64,000 bases of DNA from Deltaproteobacteria bacterium (GCA_024233595.1 JACKPK010000004.1:77180-141179), one strand, 5' to 3'. Positions 1 through 10,180 are shown, counted from the stretch's first letter. Program-made: numbers and translations. The notes: generated by a model from the sequence alone, not told the origin.

Positions 1-2136
1 ACATTTTTCACAAAACACAACTACGGTCGCCCCATCATCGGCACCGAAAAACACGTGCGTGGTTTTTCTTCCGAAAAGGTCATGTCCTTTTACAAAGAAC
101 ACTACACCCCACAAAATATGATTTTAGGCATTTGTGGCAACATCAGCGAAGACCAACTCAGCAAAGGCCTAGAAGATCTCTTCCGTTTTGAAATCGGCCA
201 CCCTTACACACCTCGCAAAATCTCGTCCGAACCCGAGCGAAAAAGTGGCAAGGTTGTTTTAAAATCAATGGACATGGCTGCCACTTATTTTGATTTGGCC
301 TTCCCTGCTCCAGCCATTAACCACAAAGATGTACCCGCGTTAGATGTTTTAAGCTATTTGTTAGGCGAAGCCGAGACATCACTTTTAGAGCAAGAGGTCC
401 GAGAAAAAACCGATCTTGTTCATTCTATTTGGTGTAGCTGCTACACACCACGCCACCCTGGTATGTTTTCGATTGGTGGCCAAGTGGAACCCAAAAATTT
501 AAACAAAGCTCTCTTGGCTATCCGTGATCAAATCATAAAAACACAAACCAGTGTGTTTCCAGAAGACAAAGTGCAACGCGCTCTGCTTTTGGCAAAGTCA
601 CAACTTGTTTACCAACAACAAACCACCGAAGGCACGGCACGCAAATGGATGAGCTACGAAACGGCCGGAGTGAGTTTTGACTTTGACAAAACCTATATGG
701 AACAAGTCATGGCGCTCACACCGCACGACCTCAAAATGGCTGCGCAAAAGTATTTGCAATGGGACAAAGCTGTTCTTGTTGTCTTGCACCCACCAAAAGC
801 TAAAATCACTCTTGATAAAAATTTATTCAAAAAATCTTCTTCGCTGACGCACAACAAACCCAAAGCGATCAAAAAACGCAAAGGCGTCGAGCTACACCAA
901 CTAGACAACGGCATTCAGGTTGTTCTCCAAGAAAACCACCGTTTGCCTTTGGTGTCTCTCAAAACCGCCAGCATGGGTGGCTTACGCTACGAAACCCCTG
1001 CCAACAATGGCATCAACCAATTGCTTTCCAACGTGGTCACACGTTCCACTAAAAATTTACCTTATGTGAACTTGGCAGAACAATGCGAGTGGATGGCCGG
1101 TGACATTTCGGCTTACGCTGGCAGAAACTCTTTTGGTTTTTCTTTATCGTTCTTAAGCGACAAAATTGATCAGGCCTTTGATCTTTTTAGCGATGTCTTG
1201 CACAACTCCTCTTTTGATCCTGACGAAATCAAAAAAGAAAAACAGCAACAACTCATTGCGATCCGTAACCGTAACGATAACCTAGCACAAACTGCTTTTC
1301 GCATGGCCATGGGCAAACTCTTCGCGGGCCATCCTTATCGCATGACACAAATGGGCGAAAAAGCATCGGTGCAAAAGCTCACAGCAAACTCCTTAAAAAG
1401 TTACTACAAAAAAATTGTCACTCCTAAAAATTTAGTGATCTCTGCTGTTGGTGATTTTAACAGCAATCAAATTTTAGATATCCTCAACACAAGCTTTGCT
1501 GATCTTAAAGGATCTAAGCCTGCTGCTCTCAAATTAAAAAAGCCAACCATGCCTCAAAAAATTGTGACTCTCTTTGAAGAGCGCGATAAAATGCAGGCTC
1601 ACGTTGCCATTGGATTTTTGGGCTCTTCAATACACAGCGAAGACAAGCACGCTCTTGAAATCATCAGCAATGTGTTGTCAGGACAAGGCGGCCGCCTGTT
1701 CTTAGAACTGCGTGATAAGCAATCTTTGGCCTACACCGTAACATCCACCTTAGTAGAAGGCTTGGAAACCGGCTTTTTTGGCTGTTACATTGGAACAGAC
1801 CCTCGTAAAACCGAAACCGCCATTGCGGGCATTTTAAACGAGCTCGACAAACTGCGCACAAATAACATTTCGCAAGAAGAACTAGAGCGCGCTAAAAATT
1901 ACATCATTGGCAATCACGAAATCGACCATCAAAAGAACAGTGCCATCGCGATGAATTTGGTTTTGAATCAGCTCTATGGCAAAAGCATTGATGATCACTT
2001 TGATTTCCAAAAGCAAATCCGCAAAGTCACTGCTGCGCAAATTAAAAAGACAGCGCAAAAATACCTGACCTTGGATCGCTTTGTGATTTCGATTGTGGGA
2101 CCAAAAAGCTGCAAAGAAGCTTTGGCTAAGCTTTAG
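1..2136 (+). CDS. M16 (pitrilysin/insulinase) family peptidase, 5' end cut by window edge
   Basis: Frame 1 is open from nt 1 (TFFTKHNYGRPIIGTEKHVRGFS...), so the ORF-track Met at 55 is internal. The product has tandem M16-type halves: ...EHYTPQNMILGICGNI..., then a second unit from ELHQLDNGIQVVLQENHRLPLVSL, plus GGRLFLELRDKQSLAYTV. Confidence 0.85.
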   Translation, partial: TFFTKHNYGRPIIGTEKHVRGFSSEKVMSFYKEHYTPQNMILGICGNISEDQLSKGLEDLFRFEIGHPYTPRKISSEPERKSGKVVLKSMDMAATYFDLAFPAPAINHKDVPALDVLSYLLGEAETSLLEQEVREKTDLVHSIWCSCYTPRHPGMFSIGGQVEPKNLNKALLAIRDQIIKTQTSVFPEDKVQRALLLAKSQLVYQQQTTEGTARKWMSYETAGVSFDFDKTYMEQVMALTPHDLKMAAQKYLQWDKAVLVVLHPPKAKITLDKNLFKKSSSLTHNKPKAIKKRKGVELHQLDNGIQVVLQENHRLPLVSLKTASMGGLRYETPANNGINQLLSNVVTRSTKNLPYVNLAEQCEWMAGDISAYAGRNSFGFSLSFLSDKIDQAFDLFSDVLHNSSFDPDEIKKEKQQQLIAIRNRNDNLAQTAFRMAMGKLFAGHPYRMTQMGEKASVQKLTANSLKSYYKKIVTPKNLVISAVGDFNSNQILDILNTSFADLKGSKPAALKLKKPTMPQKIVTLFEERDKMQAHVAIGFLGSSIHSEDKHALEIISNVLSGQGGRLFLELRDKQSLAYTVTSTLVEGLETGFFGCYIGTDPRKTETAIAGILNELDKLRTNNISQEELERAKNYIIGNHEIDHQKNSAIAMNLVLNQLYGKSIDDHFDFQKQIRKVTAAQIKKTAQKYLTLDRFVISIVGPKSCKEALAKL

Positions 2137-2594
2137 TTTATTGTGATCAGCCAGAGGCTAATGACCTGTTCTCCGAAGCTTTAGCGAAGGAGAAAGCAAC
2201 CCTGTATTTAATTGTATTGTGGACTGCTTTGTCGTTTCACTCCTCGCAGTGACAAGAGTGTCATTGCGATCAGTCCGCCTACTCGTTCTCCGTAGTTCGT
2301 CTCAGACGAACGTAGGAGGAAGGCGGAGCTGAGAAGCAATCCAGCCTTTTGGGATTCGTGCCTGACGTCTAGGAGCTCGTTGTTAATGTGCCTAAGAGCT
2401 TAGGTGCCTAAGGGCTTAAGTAGTGGTCGCTCGTGAGCGACCATAATTTTGATACAATTTCCTTGGCCGTTCGCGCTGTGCCCGGGAAGACATTCTCGTA
2501 TTCTCGAATTTCTTACAATCACTCTTAATTATTCATTTTTAATTCTTCATTATTCACTAAAATTGCATAACCCCTAACATCCCCCACCTAACAA
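2137..2594. repeat. Intergenic mosaic of nested palindromic repeat modules (locus A)
   Basis: 458-bp non-coding gap holding several hairpin modules. These are TTCTCC...GGAGAA; TCAGTCCGCC(2270-2279)/GGCGGAGCTGA(2322-2332) enclosing GTTCGTC-tca-GACGAAC(2295-2311); cctaag/cttagg words (2390-2420); TGGTCGCTC-gt-GAGCGACCA (2424-2443); and an AT-rich module at 2520-2563. Modules recur at 17550-17650 and 23947-24028. Confidence 0.7.
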
Positions 2595-3029
2595 TCAACG
2601 AACTCCCTCTTCCCAGTCCTGAAAGCGATCTAAGTCCTTTTGCACGGCTTTCATCACCCAGCTCAACACCGCAATGTCATCAAGCAGACCCAAAGAAAAT
2701 AAAAAATCCGGGACAACATCCAAGGGCATCACAAAATACAAAACCGCGGTGAGCATAAGGACCAAACTGCGCCACGGCACAACCGTGTAGTCTCGTTTGG
2801 CGTAAGCTTTGAGTAGCCGCAAAAGAGTTTGGAATTGCTCGCGACCATTTTTAAAAAAACCACTGCCCTGCCGTTTGATTTTTTCGGCTGCCGCGCGCAC
2901 CAAGGCCTGAACTTTTTTAGAATCTTTTAAGTCCTTGGCCGCTTTGTTTTTGATTTCTTTAAAGCGAGAATGATTTTGAATCGGGTCATCCAAGGTTAAT
3001 TGAATACGCTGTTTGCAAACCAGAAACAA
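2595..3029 (-). CDS. DUF1232/YkvA family membrane protein
   Basis: C-terminal half DYTVVPWRSLVLMLTAVLYFVMPLDVVPDFLFSLGLLDDIAVLSWV fits the DUF1232 signature (P-x-D-x-[IV]-P-D ... G-x-x-DD). The start overlaps the upstream aminotransferase by 44 nt, so the true start may be internal. Confidence 0.65.
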   Translation of the reverse strand: MFLVCKQRIQLTLDDPIQNHSRFKEIKNKAAKDLKDSKKVQALVRAAAEKIKRQGSGFFKNGREQFQTLLRLLKAYAKRDYTVVPWRSLVLMLTAVLYFVMPLDVVPDFLFSLGLLDDIAVLSWVMKAVQKDLDRFQDWEEGVR

Positions 3030-4368
3030 GTCTGTCTACACCCTGTCGTAATTCCTCTGGACTGGCCGCACTATAAGCAAAACGAATCTCATCAGAACCG
3101 CTGCCTACAGGAGCTCCTTCAGGGTAAAACCCAGCCATAGGAGTCACAATGACCTCGTATTTTTCAATGAGCCAGCGCGCAAGTTCAACGGCATCCATGC
3201 CAGTTCTTTTTTGAAGGCCCGGCATTTTCAAACAAAAGACAAAGCCACTCTTAGGTTTAGGGCTTAACTGAAATAAATCTGGGTGTCCTGCTAATGCTGT
3301 CTGCAAGCCATCAAAAAGAACATCGCGGTTATTTCTATAAAAAGCACTCCGCTTTCTAGCTTGTGGCCACAAACCAACAAACTCGCCAGCATCATTGTAC
3401 ATCTGGCCGTTAAAACCAGCCAAAGACATGGCACTGTGAATCAATGATTGCGCTGCAAATGCCGCCACAACTTCGTTATAAAGAGGAAAGACCTGGCCAT
3501 TAGCAAGTTTCCATTCATTGGGCACGTGCAACCATGCCACTCGCTCATCAGGCACGCCTATTTTAGAGGCCGAAAAAGCATGCATCACGATATTTTCTGG
3601 ATCATTAGCTGCCATCAAGGCCGGATACTCTTCGCCTTCTTCCAATCGCAAATAACCATAAGGAGTGTCTTCTAAAATAAAAACCCCATTTCGCGCAGCA
3701 ACCTCATACAAGGCATCACGACGTTCTTGCGACAAGGTGATGCCAGAGGGGTTATCGCCATCGGGAACCAAGTAAATGAATGCACTGTGAAACCCTGTCT
3801 TTTTGGCCGTTTGGATCTGTTCCTCTAAATCGTGCGGAACCATGCCGTTTTCGTCTATGTTAACCGCAAAAGGACGCACGTTTTTAGCGTACTGCAAAGG
3901 TGATAAAACTCCCGCATAAGTTGGGCTTGGTGTGAATACAGACACTGCAATTCCAAGCTTATTATACATTTGAAGAAGCAAAGAGATCGCTTGTGTGTTT
4001 CCATTGGTTGGCAAAAGTCGGCCTGCACTCATTTGCACATTAAAATCGTTTTGATACCCTGCAAGAAAATCATCACGAATGGCTTGGTGACATTCACTAC
4101 CTGTGTAGTTGCTCAAATATTGCTTGAGTTGAAACCTATTTTGAATGCCGGCAACAGAACCGCGAGCAGCCATACGCTCAATATGAGCAAACGCCAATTG
4201 ATTGTATTCATCGCGATCATAAACTGCGGGGTTCGGTTTGCCACCTGCCAAACTAACAGGAGAACGCCCAAGAGCTCTTTGCTGCTGTTCTACTTGAGCA
4301 AGGTAGCGGGTGATAGAAACTGCTGAGGGAGCAAAGCCTTTTGGTGCTGAAACTAAACCGCCTGACAT
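2986..4368 (-). CDS. PLP-dependent aminotransferase (class I/II fold)
   Basis: 460-aa ORF with DGDNPSGITLS (N-P-x-G), AFSASKIGVPDERVAW (S-x-S-K Schiff-base lysine context) and a C-terminal IRFAYS arginine motif. Confidence 0.8.
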   Translation of the reverse strand: MSGGLVSAPKGFAPSAVSITRYLAQVEQQQRALGRSPVSLAGGKPNPAVYDRDEYNQLAFAHIERMAARGSVAGIQNRFQLKQYLSNYTGSECHQAIRDDFLAGYQNDFNVQMSAGRLLPTNGNTQAISLLLQMYNKLGIAVSVFTPSPTYAGVLSPLQYAKNVRPFAVNIDENGMVPHDLEEQIQTAKKTGFHSAFIYLVPDGDNPSGITLSQERRDALYEVAARNGVFILEDTPYGYLRLEEGEEYPALMAANDPENIVMHAFSASKIGVPDERVAWLHVPNEWKLANGQVFPLYNEVVAAFAAQSLIHSAMSLAGFNGQMYNDAGEFVGLWPQARKRSAFYRNNRDVLFDGLQTALAGHPDLFQLSPKPKSGFVFCLKMPGLQKRTGMDAVELARWLIEKYEVIVTPMAGFYPEGAPVGSGSDEIRFAYSAASPEELRQGVDRLVSGLQTAYSINLG

Positions 4369-4448
4369 AATGAAACCTTTCGATTGCGTTAAATAAACCC
4401 AGCGCCCTATCGAAGATTTCAGTCAGAAAATCAATACCCCCCACCAAA

Positions 4449-5246
4449 TCACAGACTTTTCTCCACCACCGCAAAGTAAATGGGCCCTAAGCCCTGCGCC
4501 TGATCCGGCAAGGCAATCCAGCCCAAATCCGTTGGTTCTCCCTTTTCAGGCTGTGCAAAATCACCACTTTGGGCATTGGGTTTTCGTTTCAGAAGCCTCG
4601 CCACAACCATGTCGTTTTCTAAAGGAGAAATCGAGCAAGTCGAGTACACAAGCCGTCCGCCTGGCTTAAGAGCCAAAAAAGCACTCGCCAATAAAGCGTA
4701 CTGACGCTTGGCTAAACTTTTAGAACGCGAAGCGCTCCATTTGCTAAGTTCCTTGTCGTCATGCAAAACATGACGCTCACCAGAACAAGGAGCGTCGACA
4801 AGAATACGGTCAAAGACCTCAGCTTGGTGCAGACCGTAACGAGACCCATCAAAATTGGTGAGAGTGACCTTATCTAAAATAGAGGCTGGCACATACTCTT
4901 TTAACACGCGACGCAGTTTAAAAAAACGCGACCGAGAAACTTCGTTTAAAGTCAAACACTGTGGCGCACGTGTTTGCTCTAGAATCAAAAGTGACTTACC
5001 ACCGGGGGCAGCACACAAATCCAATACCTGATGATCAGAACAAAGCTGCAAGGCAAGCACAGGATACAGCGAGGCTTCATCCATACTATAAATGGGATTG
5101 AGATCAGAGTCCTCTTTGGCAAAACCATTGGGTCGTTCAAAATGAAGCTTGGGAGCAAGCAATGCTGTTTTTAAACCTGCCCACCGCTCTCCCCACACTT
5201 CTTGATAATGAGCTTCAAAACCTTCTTTGCCTTTTTGCTTCTTCAT
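4449..5246 (-). CDS. RsmB/NOP2/Sun-family SAM-dependent RNA m5C methyltransferase (catalytic domain only)
   Basis: Motifs VLDLCAAPGGKS (SAM motif I), DRILVDAPCSGE (PC catalytic Cys) and LVYSTCSISPLEN (TC motif). The ORF-track start at 5276 overlaps the upstream gene by 20 nt. The internal ATG at 5246 (MKKQKGK...) leaves a 10-nt gap and is preferred. Confidence 0.8.
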   Translation of the reverse strand: MKKQKGKEGFEAHYQEVWGERWAGLKTALLAPKLHFERPNGFAKEDSDLNPIYSMDEASLYPVLALQLCSDHQVLDLCAAPGGKSLLILEQTRAPQCLTLNEVSRSRFFKLRRVLKEYVPASILDKVTLTNFDGSRYGLHQAEVFDRILVDAPCSGERHVLHDDKELSKWSASRSKSLAKRQYALLASAFLALKPGGRLVYSTCSISPLENDMVVARLLKRKPNAQSGDFAQPEKGEPTDLGWIALPDQAQGLGPIYFAVVEKSL

Positions 5247-5256
5247 GATTCTGTTT

Positions 5257-6618
5257 TTATAAAGTGAATGACTCACCCAATTTGGGGATCACCACTTGAT
5301 CCCAATTGAACTCATCTTGCAAACGCAAGCGCAGGTGATCTTGCGCGCCTGGTTCCCCATGCACAATGAAAACTTTTTTAGGGTTCATTTTGGCTTCTTT
5401 GATCCAATTAATGATATCTGGGTAATCCGCGTGCGCTGATAAGTTATCGATAAGAGCCACCTCGGCGCGAATAGGAACATAAGCACCGTGAATTTTAATT
5501 TCTTTAGCCCCTTGCAACATAGCCTGACCACGGGTTCCCGCAGCCTGGTAACCAACAAATAAAATCGTATTTTTGGGATCACCACCAAAATGTTTGATGT
5601 GATGAATAACACGCCCACCAGTAGCCATGCCACTGCCAGCGACAATGATCATGGGTTCAGATTTTGCGTTAAGAGCAATGGAAGCCTCCGTGTCTTTTAC
5701 AAAATGCACATCGCTATTGATGTCTTGGCATTCAGCTTCGCTGAGCAAATGATCTTCGGGATGCTGACAAAAAAGCTTGGTCGCGCTGGTTGCCATGGGG
5801 CTATTCAAATAAATAGGCACACGTGGAATTTTGTTTTGCTTACGCAATTGGGTTAGCAGATAAAGAATCGATTGTGTCCTGCCCACAGCAAAAGACGGGA
5901 TAATGAGCACACCGCCACGCTTTATTGTGCGGTTCACAACAGCTGCCAGTTCTTCCATAGGGTCATCCTCATCGTGCTTGCGATCACCATAAGTGGATTC
6001 AATGAGCAGGTAATCAGTTTGGCAAAGCGCTTCGGGAGGCTTCATTAAAAAATCATTCAAACGCCCCACATCCCCGCTAAACACAATGCGTTTGCCTTGA
6101 TAATCAACCTGCACATAAGAAGCGCCTAAAATATGACCAACACGATGAAAGGTGACTTTACAACCGGGAAACAATTCAAACTCTTCATTATAAGGTTTGG
6201 GTTTAAAATAATTCAAAGAGGCTTTTGCTTCTTCTAAAGTGTAAAGCGGCAAAGCTGGATGGTGTTTGCTAAATTTATGCTTGTTGGCAAAGCGCGCTTC
6301 TTCTTCTTGAATATAACCCGCGTCTGGCAAAAGAATTTTACAAAGATCCAAGGTGCCCGGGGTTGTATAAATGGGTCCTTTAAATCCTTTCTTAACCACT
6401 AAGGGAACATAGCCACTGTGGTCCAAATGCGCGTGTGTTAAAACAATGGCTGTTAGATTTTTAGGATCTAACTCGGGATTAGCGCGATTGCGTAAGCGTA
6501 ATTCTTTAAGACCTTGAAACAAACCACAATCAAAAAGAACCTGATGCTCGTCATCGAAGTTCACCAAAAACTTAGAACCCGTGACACCTTGGGCCGCACC
6601 TAAAAAAGTAATATCCAT
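5257..6618 (-). CDS. MBL-fold beta-CASP ribonuclease-like hydrolase
   Basis: VLTHAHLDHSGYVP (HxHxDH), followed by beta-CASP-type central and C-terminal regions (...SAHADY...VHGEP). The ~450-aa size is typical of the RNA-specificity-domain MBL family. Confidence 0.8.
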   Translation of the reverse strand: MDITFLGAAQGVTGSKFLVNFDDEHQVLFDCGLFQGLKELRLRNRANPELDPKNLTAIVLTHAHLDHSGYVPLVVKKGFKGPIYTTPGTLDLCKILLPDAGYIQEEEARFANKHKFSKHHPALPLYTLEEAKASLNYFKPKPYNEEFELFPGCKVTFHRVGHILGASYVQVDYQGKRIVFSGDVGRLNDFLMKPPEALCQTDYLLIESTYGDRKHDEDDPMEELAAVVNRTIKRGGVLIIPSFAVGRTQSILYLLTQLRKQNKIPRVPIYLNSPMATSATKLFCQHPEDHLLSEAECQDINSDVHFVKDTEASIALNAKSEPMIIVAGSGMATGGRVIHHIKHFGGDPKNTILFVGYQAAGTRGQAMLQGAKEIKIHGAYVPIRAEVALIDNLSAHADYPDIINWIKEAKMNPKKVFIVHGEPGAQDHLRLRLQDEFNWDQVVIPKLGESFTL

Positions 6619-8695
6619 GAATGCTCCTCACTAGAGCGTGAATTTAACGCAGAGAAAAAAAGAATCAATAGGAGAATTAAAGAAAGGAAAGATCAAATAG
6701 AACTACTTCATTTACTCAGAGAAGCGACCGCTTCTGTAAGGCCTGACCACCCCTCATGCATCTGTCTAAATAAAGACTTTACATCCAAAGGATACGCGTA
6801 ACCATTTCTTTAAACCGAAAGCATGTTAATCTGGCTTATCATGTCTTTATAATCAATAACCTTGCTCTAGGTCAAAGGAAGATCGCAAGACACATTTGAA
6901 TTCAAATGCAAAATATCAGCAATCTGCTCCCCTTTTTTCACTCGGTATGATCCCGCATGAGCAACATCATGAGATAAACACATAAACGGAGTATAAGATA
7001 CCCTATACTATCGGAAGGAATCGATTTAGAGGGGGCTTGTACGCTGCTATGGGCAGTGGTTCGATTCTAAAAACTCAAGGCATTGCTTGATTGCCTAATT
7101 CTAGGTGAGAAAAATGCGCTGCATGATCCTTGGAAAAGCTTTGCACTTCATGATTTAGTTATCATGAACAAAAAGGCGTTCTCTTTAGCAACCAATAATC
7201 TTTATAGCTTCCCAAAACTTTTTTGTATGGCATCCAATCAATCACAACGGCATAATCACAACAAAAGCATAGCCTCTCCATAGGAGCCAAAATTTTGCTG
7301 CATAGTTGTTTGCTCGCATGAAGACATCACGCACAAATGCATCTGATGATGTTCGCACCATTGGACTAGCATGGGTCATCATTTCATTCAGCAAAACATC
7401 AAATGAGGGTACGGGCCGTAAGACGGCTTTGTTATCCCAACAACAAAATTTAAGGAATGACGTTGAACGCCAACCAATTATCTAATCTATCGGGACAAGG
7501 TCTCTGCCCAGTGATTCAACTTCTCTTAAGGCATCCATTTTTTCACGCAGGGCTTTGGCGTTTCATTCATATGATTTTCGACGAAGATAAACCTAGCTCA
7601 TCATGAGGAGCAGTTGCTGCGGAAAACTTTCCTCCTGATTGACGGAATGGCACAGCAACATGACAGGCACATTTGAAAACCTCAGAAGCTGCCAAGGCCT
7701 GAACCTAACTGGTGCAAAAGATACCATTAGAAATTCTCCAAATCAGTGTTTAACTTTTAACGCCTTCCACAATTTGGGAAAAGATTCATTATAGTAATAA
7801 ATTACAATGTCATCAGCCATTTGCCCAGATTTTTTCTGAACGGCTGGTTGATTTGCACCAGACTGCCTTCTTGAGTGACTCTGATACACCTGCGGGTATC
7901 TCACCCAAAATAATTCCTTCTAAGATTTTTCGGCGCACTAGTGTTTTATGTACGGATAGAATTTAGGCAACACCTAAACTTGATAAGATTTCTTTTTTCT
8001 CTCCACCCAATAAAAATCTGGGAAAACAACATGATTCTTTTCTCCAGATTTCTACTTTCCTGAAAAATAAGTGTTTTGATGATTTCGCAGGCCAGGTAAT
8101 CCTGATAACGCTGTGGGGTTAAGAGTCACGCAATTCGGAACTACGATCTAAAAGCTCAGAAAAGTCGCGCGAACTCATGAATTTTTGTTTTTCTTCTGAT
8201 TGTTTAACCCAAATGATCTGCAAAATGACTGAGCATGTACAAAGACAAGCCTTCCGACGAACTCTTTGCGCAAAACCTTTTGCCAAAGCCTGCATTTTTC
8301 TTTAAACCTGATTGCCGGTTTTCTAAGACTATGGATCTTTCTACTCCAGGTTGTGACATAGTTAAGCCGGTTTCGTACAGCCAGGTCAATAACTCGATCG
8401 ATGAAAGCCCGACCAGTTAAGCCCGTAGGGAATGATCTGTGCTCGGATTCAAATATCATTCGGATTGCGAACAATCAGATGCCTTTGCTAACGCCCACCT
8501 CTGTTGAAATTAAGCGACTCGCTTTCACCAATAGAAAGAGCCTTTGCTGTTCTATAAGAAAGCAATGTCAGCCCAGATTCCGCGGGTTTAAAAAGCGGGC
8601 TTTTAGGATAAACATAAGCATCAAATACTTTACCCAAATTTGAATTGATTTTTAAATTCACGAAGATCTTATCGGCAACACCATAGAAATGTTGC
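6619..8695 (-). pseudogene. 2.1-kb ORF-poor tract with decayed protein-like reading-frame fragments (identity unknown)
   Basis: No ORF longer than 99 codons in any frame, in a window that is otherwise densely coding. The minus strand gives protein-like runs broken by stops and frame changes (see finding). No homology call is possible by eye. Confidence 0.4.
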
Positions 8696-10093
8696 TTATT
8701 TTTTTAATACAAATTTATACAGCTGGCCCTTACGCTTGACCTCTAAAACCATGAGCTCGCCGCCCTTAACCTTGGCAAATCGCTTGCGAAAATCTTTTAA
8801 GGACGAGATTTTGGAATCATTGAAGCGTGTGATCACATCGCCGTCTTTCATCCCCATCACATCAGCACTGGAATTCTTATGAACCTTGGTCACCACCACG
8901 CCTTTGTCATCAAGCTTATCGTCTGTTTCGATATCACGCACATCGATACCCAAAACCATTTTACTTGTCGGCAAGGTATTTAACGGGAAGGCAAAAGCTT
9001 TGTTCGGGTTGTCTAAATCTCCCAAAGTGACTTGTTTTTCTAATTCTTTGCCTGCTCGCAAAATTGTTAACACAACCTTAGAACCTGGCTTTCTCAAAGC
9101 AATCGCATACGGCAATGCGCGTTTATCCGAGACCTTTTTGCCTTCAAAACGCAAAATCAAATCCCCCGGTAAAATCCCAGACTCGCCAGCAGGCCCTTCT
9201 GGGGCCACTTCCATGACCAACACCGCTTTCTTCAAAGCAAAAGCTTCTTTTTCCTCAGGCTGCAAATCACGCACAGTCACGCCCAACCAACCACGAGTCA
9301 CGCGCCCATTTTGAATGAGTTCGTTCATGACACTTTTAATGACTTTAGCTGGGATCGCAAAACCCAAGCCTTGGCCTAAGCCAATCATAGCTGAAGCCAT
9401 GCCCAACACTTCACCATCCATGTTCAAAAGCGGTCCCCCTGAATTTCCAGGATTGATCGACGCATCCGTTTGAATAAAATCATCCCAGGGTCCAGCCCCC
9501 AACACCCGGCCTTTTGCCGAAATGATCCCTGCCGTGACTGTTTGCTGCAAACCAAAAGGATTACCAATGGCCAACACCCAATCCCCCACGCGCGCTTTAT
9601 CGGAATCAGCAAACTGCAAGGGTTCGTACTTGCGATTGGCCGTGAGCTTGAGAACCGCTAAATCCAAACGCTTATCGACACCCACCACCTTGGTCAAAAC
9701 ACGCGTGCCATCTTGCAAAACCGCATGCACATCATCTGCACCGGCAATGGTGTGATAAGCTGTTAAGACCTTGCCATCTTCCGAAATGATAAAGCCTGAT
9801 CCCAACGCGTTTTGCCCTTCGCTTTGTCGGTTCAGATTTTCGCGCTGCTGTAAAAAACCTTTGTAGGCTTCTTGGTATGATTCGCTTTGGTGATCGCTCG
9901 CATTTTTGGATCGCAAACTTTTGGTGGTGTAAATGTTCACAACCGAAGAAGAAGCGTCTTCAATGATTTTCGCAAAGCCCTCCGGCTTACCCGTTAAGGA
10001 CAAAGAAATCGCTTGAGAAGAAAAAGGAAACGCCAAAACGAATAGGAACAAAATCAAAAAAATGCTGCGGATGTGAAAGGTCTTAAACGACAT
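8696..10093 (-). CDS. htrA: HtrA/DegP-family periplasmic serine protease with two PDZ domains
   Basis: Signal peptide, then a trypsin-like triad context (YHTIAGADDV, DLAVLKL, NPGNSGGPLLN), then two PDZ-like segments (GWLGVTVRDL..., LGIDVRDIE...). Confidence 0.9.
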   Translation of the reverse strand: MSFKTFHIRSIFLILFLFVLAFPFSSQAISLSLTGKPEGFAKIIEDASSSVVNIYTTKSLRSKNASDHQSESYQEAYKGFLQQRENLNRQSEGQNALGSGFIISEDGKVLTAYHTIAGADDVHAVLQDGTRVLTKVVGVDKRLDLAVLKLTANRKYEPLQFADSDKARVGDWVLAIGNPFGLQQTVTAGIISAKGRVLGAGPWDDFIQTDASINPGNSGGPLLNMDGEVLGMASAMIGLGQGLGFAIPAKVIKSVMNELIQNGRVTRGWLGVTVRDLQPEEKEAFALKKAVLVMEVAPEGPAGESGILPGDLILRFEGKKVSDKRALPYAIALRKPGSKVVLTILRAGKELEKQVTLGDLDNPNKAFAFPLNTLPTSKMVLGIDVRDIETDDKLDDKGVVVTKVHKNSSADVMGMKDGDVITRFNDSKISSLKDFRKRFAKVKGGELMVLEVKRKGQLYKFVLKK

Positions 10094-10151
10094 GTTTTAC
10101 CCCAAAGCGCTCTGGATTTATGATTCAGCGCATTATTAAAAATCGTGGAAT

Positions 10152-10180
10152 TACCTATGTTTAGATGCATCCTTTGTCAA
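10152..10180 (-). promoter_or_regulatory. Candidate sigma70 promoter for htrA
   Basis: On the minus strand: TTGACA (10180-10175), 17-nt spacer, TAGGTA (10157-10152), about 59 nt upstream of the htrA ATG. Sequence match only. Confidence 0.25.

Noticed and set aside
7040-7075. tRNA or tmRNA-like T-arm fragment (ggcagtGGTTCGATTCtaaaa) inside the ORF desert. It was considered as a possible integration-site remnant.
   Set aside because: There is no complementary T-stem or acceptor stem around the GGTTCGATTC box. A single 10-mer resemblance is insufficient.
8675-8707. Plus-strand terminator-like hairpin GCAACA-ccatagaaa-TGTTGC followed by TTATTTTTTT at the end of the ORF desert.
   Set aside because: The stem is only 6 bp. 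The T-run is simply the complement of the htrA C-terminal Lys-Lys-stop codons (AAA AAA TAA). It cannot be distinguished from coincidence without 3'-end mapping.
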